A stretch of DNA of 63,996 nt, filler included, from Chiloscyllium plagiosum (lineage: Eukaryota), in assembly GCF_004010195.1 (NCBI RefSeq). It is 4 parts of one record of this genome, joined end to end, with 100 filler letters (N's around TTAATTAATTAA, not from the genome) between each part and the next. Parts side by side here need not be neighbours in the genome. Positions count along the whole stretch, not along the records: positions 14,803 to 41,729 come from NC_057715.1; positions 41,830 to 54,995 come from NC_057715.1; 2 more parts are not named here. One strand, 5' to 3'. This document shows positions 39,880 through 51,999 of this stretch, in pieces (the stretch's first letter is position 1; each line of letters starts with the position of its first letter). The position numbers and the translations under genes were made by a program. The notes under the pieces are model-generated. The model worked only from the letters and a program-made list of their open reading frames with translations. It was not told the DNA's origin and ran no database searches.

Positions 39880-41362
39880 TACTTATCATCTTGTCAAGGG
39901 CAACTAGGAATGGATAATGAATGAATGATTTCTTTTGTGTCACTTGCATTTCACAGTGAATAATGCAGTAAAATACGTTGCAAAGCCTCAACAGTTGCCA
40001 CAATCCAGTGCCATTTTCAATAGTTTGAGAATAAAAAGGATAAAAGATAGAACTGAACGAGTGTTCTGAGCCCTGAACTGTCTCAACGACAATATCTGTG
40101 CTACTACCCCTCCTCCACCATCTCATTACCACCTGTGCCAGATGCACCAAAGTAGGAGTTGCCATTGTGTCGGTGCCATCTCTTCACCGCTGAGGTCACC
40201 GCGTTGCCAATGCTGGGTCTTGTGCAGAACCAACACTCGCCCCACAACCAGGATTCCCTTGCTCCACTGCCAGGCCAGACTGCCACCAACTCACCAAAAG
40301 TGCTGCTCCAGCCATCCTACTCCAAGATGTCACCTCGTCAATTACACCATCTTGAAAAGTCTGCTGCCACCGCCGCCCTCCAATTGTTGGAGGAGCTTTG
40401 CCGCTGCCAGCTGCTGATTGCTGGGAGGACATCCCTGCCGCCATTACCGCAATAGCCTCCAGTGACCGTGAGGAGAGCCATGCCCGACATTGCATACAAC
40501 TGGAAGGAAGGTCTGCTCTAGCTGCCACCTGATTTCACCTGGTCACCAAAGGATCCAAGTGAAAGAAAAACAAAAGAAAAAAATGAAAGAGGAAGGCCAG
40601 AAACAAAAAGAAAGAAAGAAAGAAAGCATGTGGGAGTGGATGAGCCCCAGCGACAAGAACCCGTACACAGCCCTGCTACTCTGCCGCCATCTTGAATACA
40701 GACCCTGTCAGTGCATCACATCCCAAGAACAAAATAATAAAAAAAAGTAGAGGTAAAACTTTAGGACCTGTCAAAAAGTCGTTAAAGGGCTGAGGTCAGC
40801 ACTCATGTGTCTTGGTGCCACAAACACCGTCAAAGTGTCTGCGTTTGAGGGAGAAATGATAGTATTTCCTCTCATTTTCACATGGAAGTGAGATGACTAC
40901 AATTCTGGTAATGTATTGTAATCTGTTCTTGTCATTGATGATAGATCTTGCACGACTTACACACATGTAGTCATCTTCATGACTGGGATTGGTCCTAACT
41001 AACAACAACTGAACTTTGGAGACACCATTTAACACTCCAGCTTTATTTTAGATCAAAGAGAATAGACGTGGCTCCACCTAGTGTGCCCCCAATTCATTTC
41101 AAGCTGACTGAAATTTTGTCTTAAAGGAGAAGAATTTTGCCTTCAGATAGATTCTCTTCAATCCTCTCAGAGATCAGTTACATTAATCTGGGTAACGTTT
41201 GGAGAATCTCAAAAGAGGTATAAGGATTCTGGTCAGGTGTCAGTTGATGCAATCTGACTGAGCTCCCAGAGCAACATGAAGGTTTCTGTGCTACACTGAG
41301 TTAACAGAGTGACTCTGAGTTAAGAGCTGTGTTTGCTCTGTGGAAATGGTGGGGCAGAATCA

Positions 41363-41729
41363 TCATAGAACATAGAACATAGGAAAATACAGCACAGTAC
41401 AGGCCCTTTGGCCCTCGATGTTGCGCCAATCCAAGCCCACCTAACCTACACTAGCCCACTATCCTCCATATGCCTATCCAAAGCCCGTTTAAATGCCCAT
41501 AAAGAGGGAGAGTCCACCACTGCTACTGGCAGGGCATTCCATGAACTCACGATTCGCTGAGTAAAGAATCTACCCCTAACATCTGTCCTATACCTACCAC
41601 CCCTTAATTTAAAGCTATGCCCCCTCGTAATAGCTGACTCCATACGTGGAAAAAGATTCTCACTGTCGACCCTATCTAAACCCCTAATCATCTTGTACAC
41701 CTCTATCAAGTCACCCCTAAAACTTCTTT
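41363..41729 (-). mobile_element. CR1 3' end (second subfamily), cut by the gap
   Basis: ORF 41446-41709: IEVYKMIRGLDRV...GRFFTQRIVSSWNALP. Confidence 0.88.
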
Positions 41730-41829
41730 NNNNNNNNNNNNNNNNNNNNNNNNNNNNNNNNNNNNNNNNNNNNTTAATTAATTAANNNNNNNNNNNNNNN
41801 NNNNNNNNNNNNNNNNNNNNNNNNNNNNN

Positions 41830-42150
41830 GAGTCTTGGTTAAAGAAGTAGGCGCGGAGGCGAAGGCGGCGGAAGAATTGTTCGATGTCACGCCGCGTGTT
41901 GAATTCATCAATCCGGGAGCGTAGGGGAATGAAGGTGAGGCCTCTGCTGAGGACTGATCTTTCATCCTCAGAGAGGGGTAGGTCTGGAGGGATAGTGAAA
42001 ACACGGCAGGGCTGGGAGCTAGGACCTGGTGTGGGGCTGGAGCTGGGTGTGGGGGCGGGGTTAGGTCTGGGGGCGGGGACGGGGATCGGCGTGGGGGCGG
42101 GGTTGGGCGTGGTGATGGCGATAGGCGAAGGGGCGGGGTGCTCCCTGATA
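41830..42150 (-). mobile_element. Penelope-like element, pre-RT region
   Basis: LPLSEDERSVLSRGLTFIP...DIEQFFRRLRLRAYFF. Confidence 0.85.
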
Positions 42151-42834
42151 TGCCCACTGATCATTAATGACTAAACACCCGCGAGTGACCAGGGCCCAAA
42201 CCAGACTGACTTGGTAGGACTAATCTGATTACCCTGGCCCACTTCCAGTGCTGCTCTTTCAACAACACCGTGAATAAACTAGATGTAAGCCCCTCTTGCT
42301 CTCCTAAGGACTGACTGCAGCCTCAACTCTGACTGCAAGGGCAGTAATCTCCCATCACCTGATCAATGGCCTCCACAGCCATTTAGTGAGCTGCAATAAG
42401 TACTGATGATATAAGTTGTCAGGTATCCTCGCTGTTTTACCAGTTACGTTTTCATACCATCAATTTGCTCAGTTGTGGAGATAAAGGTTAGATGTTCAAT
42501 GTTGGGAATATCAAGCTGTAAACATGTAGAAAAAAGCTTTTCATCGCCTGATGACAAGATTCTGAATTCTTTTTCTAAAGTGTGAGGATTTAATTGGAAA
42601 AATCTTTCTTTGATATCAAGAATTTGATTTTTGACTCTTGCCCAAATAAGCCATTTCACAAGCCATCATTCTCACCACCACAGAGAATGTGAACAATTTC
42701 TTTCGAAGTATGAGTCCTGTTGGCTCAGCAAGGAATTCCAGAAAGAATAATGTGATCTTGGCATCCAATTCACATTCAAAGAAGTTAACAAATTTGCAGA
42801 TGGATTGAACATCATTTCATTTGTGAGCCATCCA

Positions 42835-43545
42835 GCACGGAAACAGACCCTTTTGCTCAACCAGTCCATGCCGACCATAATCTCAATCTAAACTCGTACC
42901 CCCTATCTGCCTTTAGCCCATATCCCTTCAAACATTACTTATTCATATAATGATCCAAATGTCTGTTAAATGGTGTAACCATCGCTGCACACACCACTTC
43001 CTCTGGAAGTTAATTCCACACATGAACCACTTTGTAAAATCATTCCCCCACAAGTCTTTTTAAAATCATTTTCCGCTCACCTTGAAAATAAACCTCCTAG
43101 TCTTGAAATCCCCAACCGAGGGAAAATATACCTATTCCTTTCATGATTTTATAAGTGTCTATAAGGTCAACTTCCTATGCCCCAGTGAAAACAGTCCCAG
43201 TCCATCCAGCCTCTCCTTAAATTAAAACCCTACATTCTCTGCAACATCATGGTAAATCTCTTCTGAACTCTCTCCGGCTTAATAATGTCCTTCCTCTGAC
43301 AGGGTGGATGGAACAGGACACACACCTTGAGAAATGGCCTCACTGTCCCAACTCCCATACTCAACGATCTGAGCAATGAAAGCAATGCCTTATTAAACAT
43401 CCCAACCGGATGTGACTCAGAATTATATCCCTGACACTTCAGTGTCTCTATTCTACAATGCTATCCAAGCTTCAACTTTTAATTGTATGAGTCCTATCCT
43501 TGTTTGTTTTACCCCACATTTATCCATATTAAGCACCATCTGCCA
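42835..43545 (-). mobile_element. Older CR1 3' fragment
   Basis: Degenerate reverse complement of the CR1 3' region. Confidence 0.75.
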
Positions 43546-44341
43546 CATCACTCTCAGAGACACTGGATAGCAAAAAGCCATATTCCAGACTGGGCAAATT
43601 TTATTTTTTGATTTATCCTATTTTTCTTATCGACCTGTTCAGGGATGTTGTCAAGCACTTTCTCTGGATCAGATGGGACTTGAACCTGACGCACACCAGC
43701 TGAAAACATAATATCATGAGACCCGCTGGATTTCCGTCAGTTGGAGCAAGTTTTCGAGGTGGACCGAAGGTTCTGTTTGCGTGATGTACAGCTGTGTGAC
43801 TCCACTGTAAATGCCGGAGATCAAAGCGGGTCAGACAGCACCAGTGGAGAGAGAGAACAAGCTGACATTAAGTGTCTGCCTGATCCGCTGTGAGCTCCAG
43901 CATTTGTTGTTTACTTTCAGTGACGTGCAGACTGGGTTGGTGCTTTCCCCTCCTGGTTCCGTGGCTTGGAGAATACACAAAGGCAGATATGCTCAACAGA
44001 ACTCTCTACAGAACATCAATAACCAAAGTGAAACATGGGAAAGTGTTTTTGTACATTTTCTTCCTCTGAGAGTTTGGATCGTTTATCGCTTCCTCCCTGC
44101 GAAAAGACAGTGTGTAATGGCGATTTGTGAGAGCTGCGTCGCTCTTGTTGTTCTGCTGTTAATCGTATGGAATCCTGGCTCAGAGGCTGCAGGTCTGTGG
44201 GGAAGCGGCGTGGGTGGGAGCTGGGGCTGGGAGCGATGACCAGTGTGATCGGGATAGACACAGCAAGAGGTTTTATCTAATCTGATCTTTTTCTTTATGG
44301 ACAATTAACGGTTCGTGTTTCTGGTTTATAAATAGCAAAAT

Positions 44342-44531
44342 AGGAGAAAGTGAGGACTGCAGATGCTGGAGCTCAGAGCTTAAAAATGTGTTGCTGGAAA
44401 AGCGCAGCAGGTCAGGCAGCATCAATCGACGTTTCGGGCAGAAGCTAGAAGGGCTTATGCCGAAACGTCATTCTCCTGCTCCTTTGATGCTGTCTAACCT
44501 GCTGCGCTTTTCCAGCAACACATTTTTAAGG
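44342..44531. mobile_element. Palindromic Penelope pseudo-LTR pair
   Basis: Inverted arms; AGCAAAATAG repeated at 44334-44343 and 44534-44543. Confidence 0.8.
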
Positions 44532-44982
44532 GCAGCAAAATAGACGACATTAATGTTCATTTTATGTATGGAGTTTATGTATGGAATAAACCAAACCAAT
44601 TGAGAACAGGTCTATGATTGAAGAAACTGGGGGAAAATGTAACAGTTTTACCTGGAAATTATATCTCCTCCTCACATCTATCGGAGTCTCTTGTAATCAA
44701 AAAGTGTAAAAGATACAGGATTGACGTGAGGAAGAATTTCTTCATTTACAAAGGTGTGAACCTGTGCAGTTGTCAACCACAGAAAGCTGTTGGGGCCTAT
44801 TCGCTAGATATATTCAAGAAGGAGCTGCAGGTGGCAATAGGGATCAAAGGTGGTATGGAGAGAAAGCAGGGGTAGGGTGCAGAAATTGCATAGTGATTTC
44901 TGGTGCAGGCTGGAGGGTTAAATGATACGTAATTTCTGTACTTCTGTTCAAATTATTTTGTATTTCTATGCAAATTATCTTA

Positions 44983-45186
44983 ACAAAGTTAAAAATCTCA
45001 CAACACCAGGTTATAGTCCAACAGGTTTAATTGGAAGCACACTAGCTTTCGGAGCGACGCTCCTTCATCACCTGATGAAGGAGCGTTGCTCCGAAAGCTA
45101 GTGTGCTTCCAATTAAACCTGTTGGACTATAACCTGGTGTTGTGTGATTTTTAACTTTGTACACCCCAGTCCAACACCGGCATCTC
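44983..45186. mobile_element. Near-perfect 88-bp inverted repeat (Penelope-derived) with hammerhead core 45072-45100
   Basis: Arms 44983-45070 and 45073-45160; CTGATGA-A-GGAGC-GTT-GCTCC-GAAA-GCTA; direct repeat TATCTTAACAAAG at 44976-44988 and 45189-45201. Confidence 0.85.
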
Positions 45187-46388
45187 TATATCTTAACAAA
45201 GGAAACAAAGGGCCTGGGTGATAACCTTATTTTTGCTGTTGCCTGTGCAAAATGGTTTCAGGGAAAATGCAATTTCTGCAATTGTTTGTACCAATTTAAC
45301 AGAAACAAAAAAAATTGTGCTGATGTAATGGAAAATTAGCAGAATTTAAAATTTACCGTGAAATCTGAAAGAGAATGCTTTGCTAAATTTAATACTTTGC
45401 TGAGTTCTGCAGTCGAGGAGACAGCTTGTCTTTGTTGATTTGTAAACATTCAACCTGGCCTTGCGAGCAGCTGCTAAAGAATAACTAAGACAGTTATAAT
45501 TACGGCAAGAGAATGAGAAACTAAGAACTGGAATATTCCCAGCCTTTGTCTTTGAGAGTGTGATAAGAATGGTATAAGAAGAATAGGTGAATTATGCTCA
45601 CTGCCTTTATATGCGGTATTTTGGCCAAGTGGATCAGCCCTGCACGCAATTTTATTATACAGCTTTTTCTTTGTTCTTGCTAGCCGTTGAGTCGAGTCCA
45701 TTTAATTTCCACGACACTGAACAAATCTACTAATATCACTATGCTCCAGAAAGAATTAATTATCGTTGTGATGTCGTCTCTTGTGCTTTGTTTGTAAGTC
45801 TTTGAGGAAGCCAACAGTTTACAGTTTTTTGCCAATATATTTGAAATTAGCTCACTACTGTAGTCGAATATAAATAGGAGATTGATCAGTGTATTTCAAA
45901 AATATATTCTGCAATTTACTCTTCGTAAGTACCACAAATAAGTAACCACAGTGGAATGAGGTCGAGAATTAATGCCAAATATCTGTAATTCTGGCATTCA
46001 GAGTAAGAAATGGAGTTGAATACTCTTGATTTGGAAAGCTTAATTCTGTTAAACCCACTTTTAGCTGTACTAATCAAGCTGAACCTGATTTGGAAAAATG
46101 GCTTAACAGTACGAGACAGAGGGCAATGTTGGAGGGTTGCTTTTTGGATGGGAGGTCTGCGACTAGCCGTGTTCCACAGGGTTCGGTGCAGGGTCCACTA
46201 TTGTCCAATAACAAATGTCATTTATATCAACAATTTGGATGAGAATTTAGGAGGCATGGTTAGTACATTTAGGAGAAAGTGAGGAATGCAGATGCTGGAG
46301 ACCAGCGTTGAAAAATGTGGTGCTGGAGTACATTTGCAGATTACACCAAAGCTAGTCATATAGTCGACAGTGAAGATGGTTATCTAAT

Positions 46389-47100
46389 GGAAGTAAGTTT
46401 GCTCACTGAGCTGGAAGGTTCGTTTTCAAACGTTTTGCCACCATACTAGGTAACATCATCAGTGAGCCTCCGGATGAAGCAATGGTGTTAGTGACCTGCT
46501 TGCTATGTATTTAGCTTTCCTTGTTTTGGTGATGTCATTTCCTGTTTTTCTTCTCAGAGGGTAGTAAATGGGGTCTAAGTTAATGCGTTTGTTAAAAGAG
46601 TTCCAGTTAGAATGCCATGCATCTAGGAATTCTAATGCATATCTCTATTTGACTTGTCCTAGGATGGATGTATTGTCCCAGTTGAAGTGGTGTCCTTCCT
46701 CATGTGTATGTAAGGATACTAGTGAGAGAGGGTCATGTCTTTTTGTGGCTAGTTGATGTTCACCAACGCCATCCGAAAGCGCCACCATAAACAGCTATAC
46801 TTCCTGCATGAATGCCTGAGGAAACAGGTACTACCTAAACGTCTTAAATACATACCTCCCCTTAACAGCTCACCAGCTAAAAGAATAGCAGAGCAAAATG
46901 GTGGCAGATGACCCACAGAAATGGTTAATGATGCCCACAATACACTTCGTAAATACAACCAAGAAATTGTGTGCCACAAAACTTTACTCACTAACACAAC
47001 AGAACTTGAATGGACAGGCACAGTACGACATTAGACATTAAACAAACACAAATAGACATTAGGCAGTGACGTACACAGAAAATGAAAACCAGATACACTC
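46389..47100. mobile_element. Penelope-like element (third family): minus-strand GIY-YIG C-terminus joined to an inverted plus-strand N-terminal fragment
   Basis: Minus 46760->46560: EHQLATKRHDPLSLVSLH..EEGHHFNWDNTSIL. Plus from ~46767: HHKQLYFLHECLRKQVLPKRL. Confidence 0.7.
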
Positions 47101-47102
47101 AC

Positions 47103-47239
47103 ACAGATTTGAGACGGCCCAGGGATTCTCTTGTGGACTCAGACCTGTAAAGCCTCTCTCTTGTTTCGTCCCGGAGATTGTATTGTTTGGAGGTCTGGAA
47201 TAAGAACTTCTTATAGACAGATTAGTTTAATTTTAGTCA
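47103..47239 (-). repeat. ERV 3' LTR (last 9 nt missing), preceded by a polypurine tract at ~47240-47265
   Basis: 11 mismatches in 137 nt against 53917-54053 (hand count); minus strand AAAGGAAAAACAAAACAAAA-(G run)-A|TGACT. Confidence 0.8.
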
Positions 47240-47423
47240 TCCCCTTTTGTTTTGTTTTTCCTTTACTTTTTGTTCCGTACTAATTCACGTGTTGGTGGGC
47301 ATTCCGTTCACCATCTACTTCAGGCATTTCATGGCGGAGGATGAAAGGTGGTAAGGAGATCAGAATGGTGGAAGAGTGAGCAGATAACACATGGATCAGG
47401 GGATCAGGGACTTTCAGCGGATG

Positions 47424-47644
47424 GCTGTATCAGTACTAACACTAGGACTGTGAGGGGAATACAAGCTTGCAATGTCCTTTGTCAACCCTTGTTGAACATT
47501 CTTCTACCTTTACTGCAGTTTCAGTTGTCAGAAGAACTTGATAAGGACCTTTCCAGCGAGGGTCCAATTTTCCACGATTAATAGTACGTAGTCACCAGGG
47601 TTAATGTCTATAAATGTTAGAGTTCTTTCTTCTTCCTTCCCTGG
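47424..47644 (-). pseudogene. Duplicated integrase C-terminus and env-like signal-peptide segment
   Basis: Diverged copy of 48223-48378 plus 49937-49993. Confidence 0.8.
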
Positions 47645-48297
47645 ATTAGCTTGAATAAAGAAACCATGCGTAACAGAAGGAGGATTGGGAGTGCATAGTA
47701 TCTTTGGTCTTTCTTCATCTTTCCAGCTTGTCTTGTTAATTACTGTGGTTACTGAATACAGGAACTGTGTAAAGGTATTTCTATCAGTGGTGGTTGGTAG
47801 GATAGGAGAGGATTCCATCGAGAAGGTGTAGATGGTCAATCTTATGGCAATAGGTGCATCAGGGTTTGGTGATTTCGGTACTACATGCTCAATACTGCAA
47901 TCTGTATGGTTCATTTTGGAAGGGGAACAGACATGCATCCCAAGATAGCAGTTTTCGGTTGATGGAGGGGATGAGGTTGTGGAATTATGCCGTCTCATGA
48001 TGACTGGCATAGAAGTGTTGCAAGGATGACAATATGGTCGAGAGTGATGTTTGGATGCGCAATGTGAGTAGTTTAAATGAGTTTCAGCCAAGCAGCTACA
48101 GTCATAACTTCCAATGGTCTTAGCACAGGTTTCATTTATACAGTCACATTGGAGTTTTAGGCAGTCTGAGATATCACCAATGGCTTCGACGCGTGTACTT
48201 GGGTTGGATTTTCATCAGATGCCTGTATCAGTACTAACACTAGAACTGTGAGGGGGATACAAGCTTGCACTGTCCTTTGTAGACCCGTGTTGACCAT
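47645..48297 (-). pseudogene. env-position glycoprotein ORF, frameshifted and truncated, with signal peptide and EGF-like motif
   Basis: ATG at 48297: MVNTGLQRTVQACIPLTVLVLVLIQA-SD, overlapping the pol end. A second frame is open from ~48211: DISDCLKLQCDCINETCAKTIGSYDCSCLAETHLNYSHC..., with six N-X-S/T sequons. Confidence 0.65.
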
Positions 48298-50815
48298 CCT
48301 TCTACCTTTCCTGCAGTTTCAGTCGTCAGAAGAACTTGATAAGGGCCTTTCCAGCAAGGGCCCAATTTTCCACGATTAGAGTCTTGCAATAGCACATATT
48401 CTGGGGGAAAGTGAGGACTGCAGATGCTGGAGATCAGAGCTGAAAATGTGTTGCTGGAAAAGCGCAGCAGGTCAGGCAGCATCCAAGGAGCAGGAGAATC
48501 GACGTTTCGGGCATGAGCCCTTCTTCAGGAATGAGGAGAGTGTGCCAAGCAGACTAAGATAAAAGCTAGGGAGGAGGGACTTGGGGGAGGGGCATTGGAA
48601 ATGCGATAGGTGGAAGGAGGTTAAGGTGAGGGTGATAGGCTGGAGTGGGGATGTGGGAGGAGAGGTCAGGAAGAAGATTGCAGGTCAAGAAGGCAGTGCT
48701 GAGTTCGAGGGTTGGGACTGAGACAAGGTGGGGAGAGGGGAAATGAAACTGGAGAAATCTGAGTTCATCTCTTGTGGTTGGAGAGTTCCTAGGCAGAAGA
48801 AGAGGCGCTCTTCCTCCAGCCGTCGTGTTGCTATGGTCTGGTGATGGAGGAGGTCAAGGACCTGCATGTCCTTGGTGGAGTGGGAGGGGGAGTTGAAGTG
48901 TTGAGCCATGGATGGTTGGGTTGGTTGGTCCGGGTGACCAAGAGGTGTACTCTGAAATGTTCCGCAAGTAGGCGGCCTGTCTCCCCAATATAGAGGAGGC
49001 CACATCAGGTGCAGCGGATGCAGTAAATGATGTGTGTGGAGGTGCAGGTGAATTTGTGGTGGATATGGAAGGATCCCTTGGGACCATGGAGGGAAGTAAG
49101 GGGGCGAGGTGTAGGCGCAAGTTTTGCAATTCTTACGGTTGCAGGGGAAGGTGCCGGGAGTTGAGGTTGGATTGGTGGGGGGTGTGGATCTGACGAGGGA
49201 GTCGCAGAGGGAGTGGTCTTTCCGGAACGCTGATAGGGGAGTGGAGGGAAATATATCCTTGGTGGTGGGGTCCGTTTGGAGGTGGCGGAAATGACGACGG
49301 ATGATATGATGTATATGGAGGTTGGTAGGGTGGTAGGTTCTGTCCTGGTGGCGATTGGAGGGGCGGGGCTTAAGGGCGGAGGAGTGGGAAGTGGAGGAGA
49401 TGCGGTGGAGAGCATCGTCGATCACGTCTGGGGGTCTTTGAAGAAGAAGGCCATCTGGGTTGTTTGGTATTGGAACTGGTCCTTCTGGGAGCAGATGCGG
49501 TGGAGATGAAGGAATTGGGAATATGGGATGGCGTTTTTACAGGGGGCAGGGGGCATATCCTTCAAAGAGGCAGGCATAGCTGGGGCCCATGCGGGTGCCC
49601 ATGGCTACTCCTTGGTTTGGAGGAAGTGAGAGGATTGGAAAGAGAAGTTGTTCAGAGTGAGGACCAGTTCAGTCAGTCGAAGGAGGGTGTCAATGGAAGT
49701 GTACTGGTTGGTACGGCGGGAAAGAAAGAAGTGGAGGGCTTTGAGTCCTTCGTGATGGGGGATGGAGGTGTACAGGGACTGGATGTCCATGGTGAAGATA
49801 AGGCGTTGGGGACCAGGGAAGCAAAAATCATGGAGGAGGTGGAGGGCATGGGTGGTGTCCCAAACGTAGGTGGGGAGTTCTTGGTCAAAGGGGGACAGGA
49901 CTGTGTTGAGGTATGCAGAGATGTGCAGAGATGCACATAGTCACCAGGATTAATGTCTTTAAATGTTGGAGCTCCTTCTTCTTCCTTCCCTGGTACTCGA
50001 TAGGCTTCTTTGATCTGTTGATGTTAAGACTGCAATGCTTTGGTTAACTTAATCAGGTACATGTTCATCTCTTCTGCCATGACATGCACATCAGCAGGGT
50101 GTTGGGCAATTAATGGTACAGACCAGGGAGTCCTCGGGACTGTCCATGTATCAGTTCAGCGCCGAGAATCCCATCTTATTCTGTGTCATGGTTCTCATAT
50201 TAAAAAGGGTGATTGAGAGTACTGGCAGCCAATTAAGGCCTGTTTCTTCTACCAATTTGCTGAGCTGACCTTTTAGGGAACCTTTGGTTCTTTCTACAAT
50301 TCCCGCTGCTTGGGGATGGTTAGCACAATGGAATTTTTGATTCATATGCAAACTTTTACATGGTGCCTTGTCTAACCCCAACAAAGTGATGGCCATTATC
50401 AAAAGAGACCGTTACTGGTATTCCAAATTTGGGTATGATTTCCCTTAACAGAATTTTACTAGTAGTTGTTGCTGTGCAGTCAGTACAGGGATAAGCTTCA
50501 GTCCATTTACTAAACACATCGATTATAACAATGACACCTCAGTAACGCCATAAAATCTAATTGGATAGAATCAAAAGGTGCACTTGGCGAGGGAGTTTCA
50601 CCTGGTGGACACTTTACTCCTTTCTCGGGATTATACTTTTGACAAATTAAACAATTTGCAGCTGCTTGTTTTGCTTTTTCTTGCAGGTGGGGATTCCACC
50701 ACGTTTGGAGAATTCTGTCCACCATTCCCTCCTTACCTATATGTATATGCGTATGAACATAATCAACTAGAATAGGCAAAAGCGAGTCGGGCAGACACGT
50801 CCGTCCTACCGTCAT
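48240..50815 (-). pseudogene. pol: Retroviral integrase (pol 3' end), disrupted and split by a Penelope insertion
   Basis: HHCC finger (HTHIH...CLIC), IQLDF, HPQAAGIVER, WKGPYQVLLTTETAGKVEG (class I ERV GPY motif). Confidence 0.9.
48402..49932 (-). mobile_element. Penelope-like element inserted in the ERV integrase; hammerhead core at 48501-48528
   Basis: MDIQSLYTSIPH RT motif, GIY-YIG region and pseudo-LTR; apparent target-site duplication GCACATA(T/G)TC at 48392-48401 and 49933-49942. Confidence 0.92.
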
Positions 50816-51224
50816 AACCCAAAGGTTATTGTTATCTTGAATTAACTAAATATGGTACCAATAAAATGCCACAGGCTGTCTGTAAATACTAATTAGGGGG
50901 CAGAATTGTAATTGTCAACCTGTATGGTGGCCTAATCCTTCTAATCGGAATTTTAAATTGTATTAGTTTGAATTTAACTTGCACTTCTGGTTGTTTTAAA
51001 GTTGAACTGAAATACTTTTCTTGTAAAACTAGCAAGGTTTTGGTTCTTTCAGCAATGCACCATTTTCTTTCACCGTCTGGTTAAAGAATACAAACTGGTT
51101 TTAAAAGCAGCAGTTAGATTTGATCAAAATCAGTGGCCTTAAGTTCACTCATCAGTGTAATTGTAACACTCCTAACACACAGGGACAAATGATTCACTGG
51201 GGGAAGGGTAAGGGCATCAACACG

Positions 51225-51958
51225 TTCGTCCTCAGAGTAGGGAGGGGGAGTTCAGGCGACGTTTTGTTTTATGAAGCGTGTTCGCCTTGGCCGTACTGTT
51301 TTGAGAAGGTCGGCTAACTGGAGGAGAAGCATAAAATATTTCCTTCTCCAAATTAGAATCCCAGTCATCATCCACAGATGGATCAGGATTCTTTATGGAT
51401 CTTTGGGAGAGGGGAGGGTGGGGTATAAGGAACAGTCTCTGTCCTTTGTCCGGTCCTGCGCAGCTGCAGCCTGTTCTTATTCACCAGTTTTCCTTTTCAT
51501 TGGGGCCCCTGACGTTTCAGCTTGGGTTCTAAATCTTAGCTTTCCTTTTTTTAACTTTTTCTAGCCAATTCCCATTCTGCTTCTAAATCATATGCTTCAC
51601 ATTTGTGTTTTAGTTCTGTCCAACCTAATTCAGAAACTTCCTCAATTAATGTACTAATTTCCAGTTTAATAAAGTTTTGTCTCCATGATAATAGCATGAA
51701 CTTTTCCCGTTTTTCCCTAGCTACATTTTCCCACGCTGATATGGCTTCTTTCTGCTTACTTCCCTTTCTTTTTTCCCAAATCCCTTGTTCCATTTTAATG
51801 AGTAGAGTTAAATCACATGTGCCTCCGAGAGGCCAATCCTTATTTTGTTGAGCAGCTGCGGTCGATATTTCCCTTAATTGTTTCTCATAATTAGGATACA
51901 GACTTATTATTTCTATTAGGGGACATTGATCTTTCATCTTATCTATATTTACACCCAT
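51225..51958 (-). pseudogene. gag: Retroviral gag N-terminus (matrix and late-domain region), frameshifted and truncated
   Basis: Starts MG (myristoylation-type); WPLGGT matrix motif; downstream LYPTL and PPPY late-domain motifs in hand translation. Confidence 0.8.
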
Positions 51959-51999
51959 ATTTATCCTACCTACTTTAAACCTTCACAAAACCACTCATC

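Noticed and set aside
40490..40750. Lys/Glu-rich ORF as ARGLU1 exon 2
   Set aside because: Low-complexity A-rich tract with no match to the expected RQQEIEEKLIEEETARRVEE sequence.
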